From: a virus
Taxonomy: Duplodnaviria > Heunggongvirae > Uroviricota > Caudoviricetes
DNA: 64,000 nucleotides
Strand: one strand, 5' to 3'
Virus record (IMG/VR): IMGVR_UViG_3300025015_000009
Coordinates: 128,001-192,000 of that record
Below the pieces are notes generated by a model, which was given only the letters and a program-made list of their open reading frames with translations, searched no databases and was not told where the DNA came from. This document shows positions 1 to 6,230 of the stretch, piece after piece. Made by a program: the position numbers and the translations under genes. Position 1 is the first letter of the stretch. Every line of letters starts with the position of its first letter.

Positions 1-243
1 GTCTATAGCAAGATTATCTTTGTCTGTCCCCCAATACAAATGCTTTGGGTTACTGCATTTACCATTATGACAAGCATGACACAATAAAATTCTACCAGTC
101 GGTATTGTTGTCTGTAAGTATTCAGCTAAGACCCCTTTATGTTGAGTCGAAACTCCTCCTCGTTCGCAACATGCTTCAGAAAGTACCAAATGCGCTCGCC
201 TAGCCTCTCTACTTCTCGTTATAAACTCAGTTATTAATATCAT
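1..243 (-). CDS. HNH-type (His-Me finger) endonuclease, truncated by window edge
   Basis: Manual translation MILITEF...LLCHACHNGKCSNPKHLYWGTDKDN; GGAG RBS and TATAAATA upstream. Confidence 0.75.
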   Translation of the reverse strand, partial: MILITEFITRSREARRAHLVLSEACCERGGVSTQHKGVLAEYLQTTIPTGRILLCHACHNGKCSNPKHLYWGTDKDNLAID

Positions 244-318
244 TATATCTCCTTATATGTTATTTATACTAAACACATAGAAGTATCATGTTACTGTGAT
301 TAACTGACATATTCTTTG

Positions 319-365
319 CGGGTCATCAAGGAATCGAACCTCAACCAAGAGCTTTGGAGACTCGG
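319..365 (-). pseudogene. 3' half of tRNA-Trp(CCA); D arm and 5' acceptor strand absent
   Basis: Anticodon loop CTCCAAA, T arm TGAGG-TTCGATT-CCTTG, 3' acceptor strand ATGACCC-G. Confidence 0.65.
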
Positions 366-398
366 ACCGAAATTATTTTACTTTCGTAGCATTCTCTC

Positions 399-551
399 TT
401 ACATAGATTCGTCGGAAAGTTCATCGCGGATGCGAGTACATATCAAATGAGATAACCAATCGTCGAATCGGTTAGCATCCCATTCACCAGACTTTACTTT
501 TTCAAAAGCTACCTGAGAATATTCTGCTTCGTCCCATTTACCGTAATTCAT
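399..551 (-). CDS. Small hypothetical protein (50 aa)
   Basis: MNYGKWDEAEYSQ...; AGGAG RBS and its own sigma70-like promoter. Confidence 0.6.
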   Translation of the reverse strand: MNYGKWDEAEYSQVAFEKVKSGEWDANRFDDWLSHLICTRIRDELSDESM

Positions 552-577
552 TTTGCTACTCCTAATTCAATAAAGCT

Positions 578-606
578 ATTATAGGCTCTTTTGAACAAGA
601 AGTCAA
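578..606 (-). promoter_or_regulatory. Sigma70-like promoter
   Basis: TTGACT-17 nt-TATAAT. Confidence 0.65.
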
Positions 607-639
607 CCATTTATTGACGTTCACAAAGAGCCTAAAATT

Positions 640-680
640 TGGTGCGAGCGGAGAGACTTGAACTCTCAATCCTTTCGGAC
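640..680 (-). pseudogene. 3' fragment of a Leu-type class II tRNA
   Basis: Variable arm, T arm GAGAG-TTCAAGT-CTCTC and acceptor strand with ACCA; no 5' half. Confidence 0.6.
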
Positions 681-685
681 AAATT

Positions 686-770
686 TGGTGGGACTGGTCG
701 GACTCGAACCGACACGCCTCTCGGCATGAGTTTCTAAGACTCACGTGGCTGCCAATTACACCACAATCCC
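686..770 (-). tRNA. tRNA-Leu(TAG)
   Basis: Cloverleaf, loop CTTAGAA, long variable arm, CCA. Confidence 0.93.
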
Positions 771-821
771 TTTTCTTTTCTCCCACCACTCTTTAGTGGT
801 CTGAGATTGTTTCTTTAAAAA

Positions 822-895
822 TGGCGCCCCGTAGGAGAATCGAACTCCTTTGTACCGATAGACAGTCGATCATAATACCAATATATGAACGAGGC
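822..895 (-). tRNA. tRNA-Asp(GTC)
   Basis: Cloverleaf, loop CTGTCTA, GCCA end. Confidence 0.9.
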
Positions 896-913
896 ATAAA
901 CTTATAGTTACGT

Positions 914-1000
914 TGGCGGAAGGCTGGATACTCGAAAACCATGCCTTGCAGCACAATCTGATTAGCAATCAGTTACAGGAACCCTCCTGTTTAACCTTCC
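914..1000 (-). tRNA. tRNA-Ser(GCT)
   Basis: Loop TTGCTAA, long variable arm, GCCA end. Confidence 0.88.
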
Positions 1001-1006
1001 ATTGTT

Positions 1007-1081
1007 TGGTGGAGAAACGGGGATTTGAACCCCGAATGTCGCATTGCAGGTGCGAAGTGATGCCAGTTTCACTATATCCCC
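1007..1081 (-). tRNA. tRNA-Ala(TGC)
   Basis: G3:U70 pair, loop CCTGCAA (C33), ACCA end. Confidence 0.9.
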
Positions 1082-1087
1082 ATTGTG

Positions 1088-1170
1088 TGGTGCCCCGCCA
1101 GAGAATCGAACTCCGTCTACTTTCGTGCCTGATTACAAGTCAGGTGCCTTCCCATTCGGCTCAGCGGGGC
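1088..1170 (-). tRNA. tRNA-Thr(TGT) with enlarged variable arm
   Basis: Loop CTTGTAA, ~12-nt variable region, ACCA end. Confidence 0.85.
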
Positions 1171-1183
1171 AAAATATTTATTG

Positions 1184-1256
1184 TTGCGGGACCTTGAATC
1201 GAACAAGGTCTCTTTAGCTTATGAGGCTAACGGGGTTCCGGCTCCCTCTACCCGCA
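1184..1256 (-). tRNA. tRNA-Met(CAT), no encoded CCA
   Basis: Loop CTCATAA, T loop TTCGATT. Confidence 0.8.
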
Positions 1257-1299
1257 TCGATAAACACTCTGATACATGATACAAACAAAATTAAAAGGT

Positions 1300-1548
1300 C
1301 ATTAGAATAAAATTCAGTGTCCGGCTTATAACGTAGTATCGCGGACGTCACTGGTAGCTAATTCCCGTTCTGCCCACCTATGGCGCATGTACTATCATTC
1401 ATAATCACCGTGTCGGGAGTCCCCGATATTTCAACGCACGACAATCACTATCCTTTACACTACCCTTTACTTAACGTACCTGACTTACACCTTACAAACA
1501 TGCCTGTTTCCGCATGTAAATATCCAACAGGGCACCGAACCCTGCAGA
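1300..1548 (-). ncRNA. Putative structured ncRNA sharing motifs with the large RNA at 6.2-6.9 kb
   Basis: No convincing ORF, several hairpins, exact shared 14-mer GGGAATTAGCTACC; boundaries approximate. Confidence 0.55.
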
Positions 1549-1555
1549 TAAACGC

Positions 1556-1837
1556 TTAGTTGATTACTTTCCATTCATACACTGAACCAGACTTGGTCCG
1601 GAACTTTACATAATCATTCTTCTCTTCTAGCAACTCAGTAACAAGATTGGTCTGCCACCAGTCCTGCGCTACATAGGATCTGGCATACAGTGACCCTACT
1701 CTCATATAAACTCCGGCTCTCGGCCTGGCATCGTGTTCAGTTTCATATGAACCATCATCTTTAACAGAAATAGCCAACGACATTCCGCCGCTGTCACCTT
1801 TTATCACATTGTCAATTTGATATAATGAATATGCCAT
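1556..1837 (-). CDS. Hypothetical protein
   Basis: 93-aa ORF with AAGGA RBS between RNA genes. Confidence 0.7.
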   Translation of the reverse strand: MAYSLYQIDNVIKGDSGGMSLAISVKDDGSYETEHDARPRAGVYMRVGSLYARSYVAQDWWQTNLVTELLEEKNDYVKFRTKSGSVYEWKVIN

Positions 1838-1852
1838 TCTATTTCCTTTATT

Positions 1853-1938
1853 TGGTGCGCCTCCTAGGTAACGATCCTAGCCAGCCTTTCGGCTACGGTT
1901 TTACAGACCGGGCTGCGTCCTTAGCAGCATACAAGCGC
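1853..1938 (-). tRNA. tRNA-Tyr(GTA)
   Basis: Loop CTGTAAA, long variable arm, ACCA end, atypical T loop ATCGTTA. Confidence 0.85.
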
Positions 1939-1953
1939 ATAATACTTCTTCAT

Positions 1954-2026
1954 TGGATGCGAACCCCGAATCGAACGGGCCTGATGGGTTATGAGCCCAA
2001 CGTGCGACCACTACACTTTTATCGCA
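1954..2026 (-). tRNA. tRNA-Met(CAT), initiator-like
   Basis: Three G-C pairs at the base of the anticodon stem, loop CTCATAA, CCA end. Confidence 0.85.
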
Positions 2027-2034
2027 ATTGATCT

Positions 2035-2397
2035 TTAAAACATGTTACTTTGTTTGTTCACGAAGTCGATGTAAATCGACTCACCGTTATCATACCTATT
2101 CTTTGCCATATACGCATCTGCTTCTTCGTTGACGAAGATGCTCTGCGCATTAACTTGCAGGTACACTTTCATATGTGCGATGTAATTCTTATCCATCTTT
2201 TCCAACCCATTATACTCAAAGGGATTTTGGTAGAAAACGTAGCACCCGAAGAAAACTTGGTTGATAATAAATGCAATCTTCTCTTTGTCATTTGGCAACG
2301 CTGGTGTGTCATTTCCCAGTAGGAAGACTGACAGACCTTGCATTGCGCGACAAAAATCGTTGTCACCAAATCTAATTACTATTCGTTCGACATTCAT
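2035..2397 (-). CDS. Hypothetical protein
   Basis: 120-aa ORF filling the gap between two tRNAs. Confidence 0.65.
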   Translation of the reverse strand: MNVERIVIRFGDNDFCRAMQGLSVFLLGNDTPALPNDKEKIAFIINQVFFGCYVFYQNPFEYNGLEKMDKNYIAHMKVYLQVNAQSIFVNEEADAYMAKNRYDNGESIYIDFVNKQSNMF

Positions 2398-2437
2398 ATC
2401 TCAGGTACTCTTTAACGGTAAACTACAAAGCATTCTG

Positions 2438-2524
2438 CTCCACAGGTTGGACTTGAACCAACAAAGGGATTACTCCCATACTCGATTAACAGTCGAGGCC
2501 GTTACCTATTCCGGTCACTGTGGA
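2438..2524 (-). tRNA. tRNA-Asn(GTT) with long variable arm, no encoded CCA
   Basis: Loop CTGTTAA, G73, variable stem-loop GGGA-GTAA-TCCC. Confidence 0.85.
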
Positions 2525-2555
2525 GCGCAATGCTCTGCGCGGTTATTGTTTGCTA

Positions 2556-2753
2556 CTATTTTCTTCCAATTCGTTCTGCAATCTTCGCCCTCAGATACCG
2601 GATATGCTCTCCGAACATCGCCGCTGGGACTGTGTTCATCTTATTGTATTTTCCCCGACTCACTTCAAAGTCTGCCAACTCGGTTGTTAACTCTTTTGTA
2701 GACTTCTTTGCATAATGAGCATCTTTATTGAAAACTGATGTGTTATAACCCAC
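2556..2753 (-). CDS. Hypothetical protein (GTG start preferred)
   Basis: The track ATG at 2786 lies inside a TATAAT -10 box; a GGAG RBS precedes the GTG at 2753. Confidence 0.55.
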   Translation of the reverse strand: MGYNTSVFNKDAHYAKKSTKELTTELADFEVSRGKYNKMNTVPAAMFGEHIRYLRAKIAERIGRK

Positions 2754-2822
2754 TGTTGACTCCGTTTCGCTATTCAATGTAAACATTATACACTCTTTAG
2801 CGTAGAAGTCAACCGAAATAAG

Positions 2823-3098
2823 TCATGTGTAAGTCGTTGATTCGACCTGGTTATCTTTGTGTTCGCGTTCTTGCTTTCGCTTTATGTCACAGCGTCTACA
2901 ATCGCAAGTTGATTTTCCTTCTGTATGAAACAAGACAGAGTTGTAATAGTCAATCCAAATTCGGTTTAAATCTAAAACTAGTCTCTCATAAACATCTGGC
3001 TTACCTTTAATAGTTTTACGATACGCCATCAGCTCATCGTAGTCATGCTTCATACGCTTCCATTCTTCATCACCGAAGAACTCTCTGGCTGGTAACAT
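2823..3098 (-). CDS. Hypothetical protein with CxCxxC motif
   Basis: Start moved to the ATG after AGGAG so that it does not overlap tRNA-Ser. Confidence 0.65.
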   Translation of the reverse strand: MLPAREFFGDEEWKRMKHDYDELMAYRKTIKGKPDVYERLVLDLNRIWIDYYNSVLFHTEGKSTCDCRRCDIKRKQEREHKDNQVESTTYT

Positions 3099-3115
3099 AC
3101 ATACTCCTAAAATTG

Positions 3116-3204
3116 CGGAAGCGGTGAGATTCGAACTCACGGACCCCTCACGGGGTCTCTAGTTTTCAAGACTAGCGCCTTCAGCCGGGCTCGGCCACAC
3201 TTCC
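3116..3204 (-). tRNA. tRNA-Ser(TGA)
   Basis: Loop CTTGAAA, long variable arm, G73. Confidence 0.93.
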
Positions 3205-3477
3205 TTAGACTTAGCAACTGCTATTATTCTTTGCGCGTTGGGTTATTATTCCACCACGACTACTCAGCTTACCTGAGCGGCATCATATTCACACTACGTA
3301 GGATCACGCAACCAACAAGTAAATTTGTGTTCAGTGTTATACAAGCACTTACCCCCATACCGATTGCAGGGAGATCGCAGAGCCACATTCCCCGTGTGGC
3401 GGAACCTGAACACGACATTTCTGATAACGCCGTACTTTGTGTGCTTTACCACAGGCTTGAATGGTTAAAAACTTATT

Positions 3478-3553
3478 TGGTACACCGTACCGGACTTCAA
3501 CCGGTTAATGCCAGCTTGAAGGGCTGGTCACTCGAGCCTTTGTATTACGGTGT
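3478..3553 (-). tRNA. tRNA-Glu(TTC), atypical
   Basis: Loop CCTTCAA (C33), T loop TTGAAGT, ACCA end. Confidence 0.75.
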
Positions 3554-4370
3554 GTTGATTCTTTCCTGCTGGGTTCGGTATTACTAGGTGCCCCGCACCC
3601 GAACAAACCCTGGAACAGTATTTTCTGTCAGTTGTTCGTTTGTTGTCTGTTAATATAGTTTTCCCGCAACAATCACAAACATATTCAAATTTCGATACAT
3701 AGTTGTCGTACAAGTCTGTTAACTGTTTACCGTACTTCGAGATAACATACTCAAATTCTAAGCTAAGATCGATTTTATATTTAACAATCACATCATATCC
3801 GTTCTTATTTGCAATTGCAGTTTTTGTCGCAACAGACTCTGGGTTCTCATACCCTTTTATCTCTATAATTTTACCAAATTGAATAAAGTCCGGAAAATAT
3901 TTTTGTTTAGTGTCGTGATCTGCAACATAGCCTGGGAATCTCTCAAAAGGTAGATTGTGGTCTAGTTGGTATATAACCCACACTAATTCATAAGTAGAAC
4001 CACAATAAACACCATGGTAATATCCGGTTTTTGCTCTTCCCGACCCGTCACGGTAACCGCCTACATATTTTTTACTACACTCACTTGAACAATATTTTCT
4101 ATTACTTGATGCTAGTACTCTGAAGGTGGCCCCACAGTCGCTGCACGAAACATCTTTACGCGGTGAGTATTCACCGCGTTTCATAGTATGTCCAATGCGG
4201 CCTTTCAATGCAATACTAGTTTTAGTTCTCTGTTCCGTCGATGGTGACCAGCCAGCTTCTTTTCTCTTTTTGCTACTGGTTTTTGCTGCACACGATTGAT
4301 TGCAATGTTTCTTTGTGTGTTCGATTTCTTTGTTGCAATTCAAACAGGTACTCATTTTAATCTCCTTCAT
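3528..4370 (-). CDS. Putative free-standing homing endonuclease, PD-(D/E)xK type with CxxC zinc motifs
   Basis: YFPDF...IIEIKG catalytic motif; repeated CxxC and KYCSxxC motifs. Confidence 0.75.
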   Translation of the reverse strand: MKEIKMSTCLNCNKEIEHTKKHCNQSCAAKTSSKKRKEAGWSPSTEQRTKTSIALKGRIGHTMKRGEYSPRKDVSCSDCGATFRVLASSNRKYCSSECSKKYVGGYRDGSGRAKTGYYHGVYCGSTYELVWVIYQLDHNLPFERFPGYVADHDTKQKYFPDFIQFGKIIEIKGYENPESVATKTAIANKNGYDVIVKYKIDLSLEFEYVISKYGKQLTDLYDNYVSKFEYVCDCCGKTILTDNKRTTDRKYCSRVCSGAGHLVIPNPAGKNQHTVIQRLE

Positions 4371-4452
4371 ATTATTTATACAAAGTCGATCTTAATTTAT
4401 TAGTTGATTACACTGATCTAACCTACCGTAATCTATAGGGACATGATAAAAC

Positions 4453-4526
4453 TGGAGCGGGATAGGAGAATCGAACTCCTCTCATCAGCTTGGAAGGCTG
4501 TAATAATACCACTATACTAATCCCGC
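4453..4526 (-). tRNA. tRNA-Gly(TCC)
   Basis: Loop CTTCCAA, U73, CCA. Confidence 0.93.
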
Positions 4527-4542
4527 ATTAAATCTCAAAACT

Positions 4543-4618
4543 TGGTGCAACCCAGAGGACTCGAACCTCTTTCAACGGTACTTCACGCCGCCGCTATGAC
4601 CCCATCAGCTAGAGTTGC
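4543..4618 (-). tRNA. tRNA-Phe(GAA), copy 1
   Basis: Cloverleaf, loop GTGAAGT, ACCA end. Confidence 0.8.
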
Positions 4619-4635
4619 ATAATCAGTAATACATA

Positions 4636-4713
4636 TGGTCTGAACGGTTGGATTCGAACCAACGACATCTCACTTCCAAGGCGAGGACTCTGGCCAGACT
4701 GAGCTACGCTCAG
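4636..4713 (-). tRNA. tRNA-Pro(TGG)
   Basis: Loop CTTGGAA, C1:G72, ACCA end. Confidence 0.92.
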
Positions 4714-4887
4714 ACGATATGTACTACCTTTGTAAAAATTTGCACCGCTTTCAGAAGGACGAAGGATTTTACACCTTTTCAGAGTGACCTCATATTTCGA
4801 TAGGTTAACTACCGCTCCTTACTCGCTTATCCGTGTAACCTAGTTTCTAATGCTTCTCAGCAATGTGTCCGGGGTACATTTCAGGTG

Positions 4888-4972
4888 ACTAATACTGCGT
4901 GGGTACTCTCCACATCTCCGTGCTCGACGGGCTCTGTAGTTTGAGCTAACAGTAATTTTAATATTACATTAC
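4888..4972. repeat. 85-nt direct repeat, copy 1 (mini cloverleaf)
   Basis: Identical to 5067-5151. Confidence 0.9.
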
Positions 4973-4980
4973 ATTAAAAC

Positions 4981-5056
4981 TGGTGCAACCTAGAGGAATC
5001 GAACCTCTTTCACCGGAGCTTCACACCGGCGCTATAACCATATCAGCTAAAGTTGC
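4981..5056 (-). tRNA. tRNA-Phe(GAA), copy 2
   Basis: Paralog of 4543-4618, loop GTGAAGC. Confidence 0.8.
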
Positions 5057-5066
5057 ATAATCGGTA

Positions 5067-5151
5067 ACTAATACTGCGTGGGTACTCTCCACATCTCCGT
5101 GCTCGACGGGCTCTGTAGTTTGAGCTAACAGTAATTTTAATATTACATTAC
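5067..5151. repeat. 85-nt direct repeat, copy 2
   Basis: Identical to 4888-4972. Confidence 0.9.
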
Positions 5152-5363
5152 CTTATATCTACCTGTCAAATCGCTTGCCGGCGATCCTTGCTTGCGGCAA
5201 CAAACTGCACTGGACTGGGCTCAATGCCAGTTTCGTGTCACGGTCGGTATAAGGTAATGTATAATCGATGATACACTTGTAAATGACAGGTGACCTTATT
5301 GGGCCCATCTATCTTCCGCACACAACACCTTAGGTGTCTTGCATTGTACGTCATTACAAATTA

Positions 5364-5448
5364 TGGTGTGCCCTGTAGGATTCGAACCTACTTACCCGAA
5401 GGAACTGATTTACAGTCAGCCGCTACTCTCCAACTTAGCCGCGAGCAC
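5364..5448 (-). tRNA. tRNA-Tyr(GTA)
   Basis: Loop CTGTAAA, long variable arm, ACCA end. Confidence 0.9.
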
Positions 5449-5594
5449 ATTAATTTAAAACACACCCATTACTTCTCAGAGTATGAAAATCACCTCACCG
5501 TGAAGTCTTTGAATGTGCTATTGTCGAACTGTGCAAATGGACCCGGACTTCAACGATGCGTCTGGATCATGTTTCGTACAATTGCTTAAAACAG

Positions 5595-5665
5595 AACGCA
5601 TTTTATGAGGATTCGAACCTCACCTGCTGCCGTCGCACTATGCTCCAATACACCATCAATGCGTT
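5595..5665 (-). ncRNA. tRNA-like RNA with a reduced anticodon arm
   Basis: T arm TGAGG-TTCGAAT-CCTCA, D-like arm, 8-bp terminal helix, no 7-nt anticodon loop. Confidence 0.6.
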
Positions 5666-5671
5666 TAATTA

Positions 5672-5770
5672 GAAAATGCCAATTCTTGCCTCGATTCGAA
5701 CGAGAAAGCCGAGATTCTCAGCTGCGGTCCACGCCAAGGTGTTGCAACACCCTTTGCAAAAATATTTTTC
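5672..5770 (-). ncRNA. tRNA-like RNA with extra arms
   Basis: T arm CTCG-TTCGAAT-CGAG, three other hairpins, extended terminal helix. Confidence 0.55.
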
Positions 5771-5842
5771 ATTGTAGCAAGGGACTCGAACCCTCATATC
5801 CAACCCTTAAGGTCAGCGTCCTATCCATTAGACGAACTCCAA
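5771..5842 (-). tRNA. Non-canonical tRNA, nominal anticodon TAA on a class I body
   Basis: D arm GTC-TAATGGATAG-GAC, loop CTTAAGG, 4-nt variable loop, T loop TTCGAGT, no CCA. Confidence 0.55.
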
Positions 5843-5881
5843 CTGACATGTCCTAATTAAACACACTTCAACAACAAATAC

Positions 5882-6025
5882 GTTTAGGTCTACTGGCGGG
5901 ACTTGAACCCGCAACCTTATCAGATTTCACACCGAAGCGATCAACATCGGCGCAGTATGTCCCTCCCATTAATTAGATGGTATCAACACACCCTAACAAA
6001 ATTGAACCTACCAATAGACCTAAAC
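5882..6025 (-). ncRNA. tRNA-like RNA with 14-bp terminal helix and large internal domain
   Basis: 5882-5895 pairs with 6012-6025; T arm GCGGG-TTCAAGT-CCCGC. Confidence 0.6.
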
Positions 6026-6034
6026 ACACTTCAA

Positions 6035-6218
6035 AATTGTCTTACAGGCAGGCACTGGGTTTGCACCAGTAAACTTTAGTTAGAAGCTATAATGTCACAA
6101 GATATTGCAGAACTCTAGGAACTACCCTATTTACCGCATTTGACCGAGGATAAAACGCTGCGATCCGTTCTCGTCAAGTCGGAATCGATCACCGACTAAG
6201 CCAACCTGTAAAACAACT
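6035..6218 (-). ncRNA. tRNA/tmRNA-like RNA
   Basis: Terminal helix TTACAGGTTGGC/GCCTGCCTGTAA; T-like arm ACTGG-TGCAAAC-CCAGT. Confidence 0.5.
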
Positions 6219-6230
6219 TCTTTAAAATTC

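Noticed and set aside
562-1197. Track ORFs 562-789 and 913-1197 (also 1825-2031, 3231-3587, 5290-5856 and 6552-6895)
   Set aside because: They overlap tRNA or ncRNA genes and show no protein-like signal.
1315-1330. CCGGCTTAT resembling the 3' strand of RNase P helix P4
   Set aside because: No GAGGAAAGTCC partner upstream, and it lies on the strand opposite the operon.
4835-4862. Hammerhead-like CTGAGA...GAAAC on the minus strand
   Set aside because: The core is not CUGANGA and stems I-III cannot be built.
4888-5151. CRISPR array
   Set aside because: Only two 85-nt copies separated by a tRNA, and no cas genes in the window.
5771-5842. Ochre suppressor tRNA or stop-codon recoding
   Set aside because: The centred anticodon is TAA, not TTA, and core genes translate intact with the standard code using all three stops.
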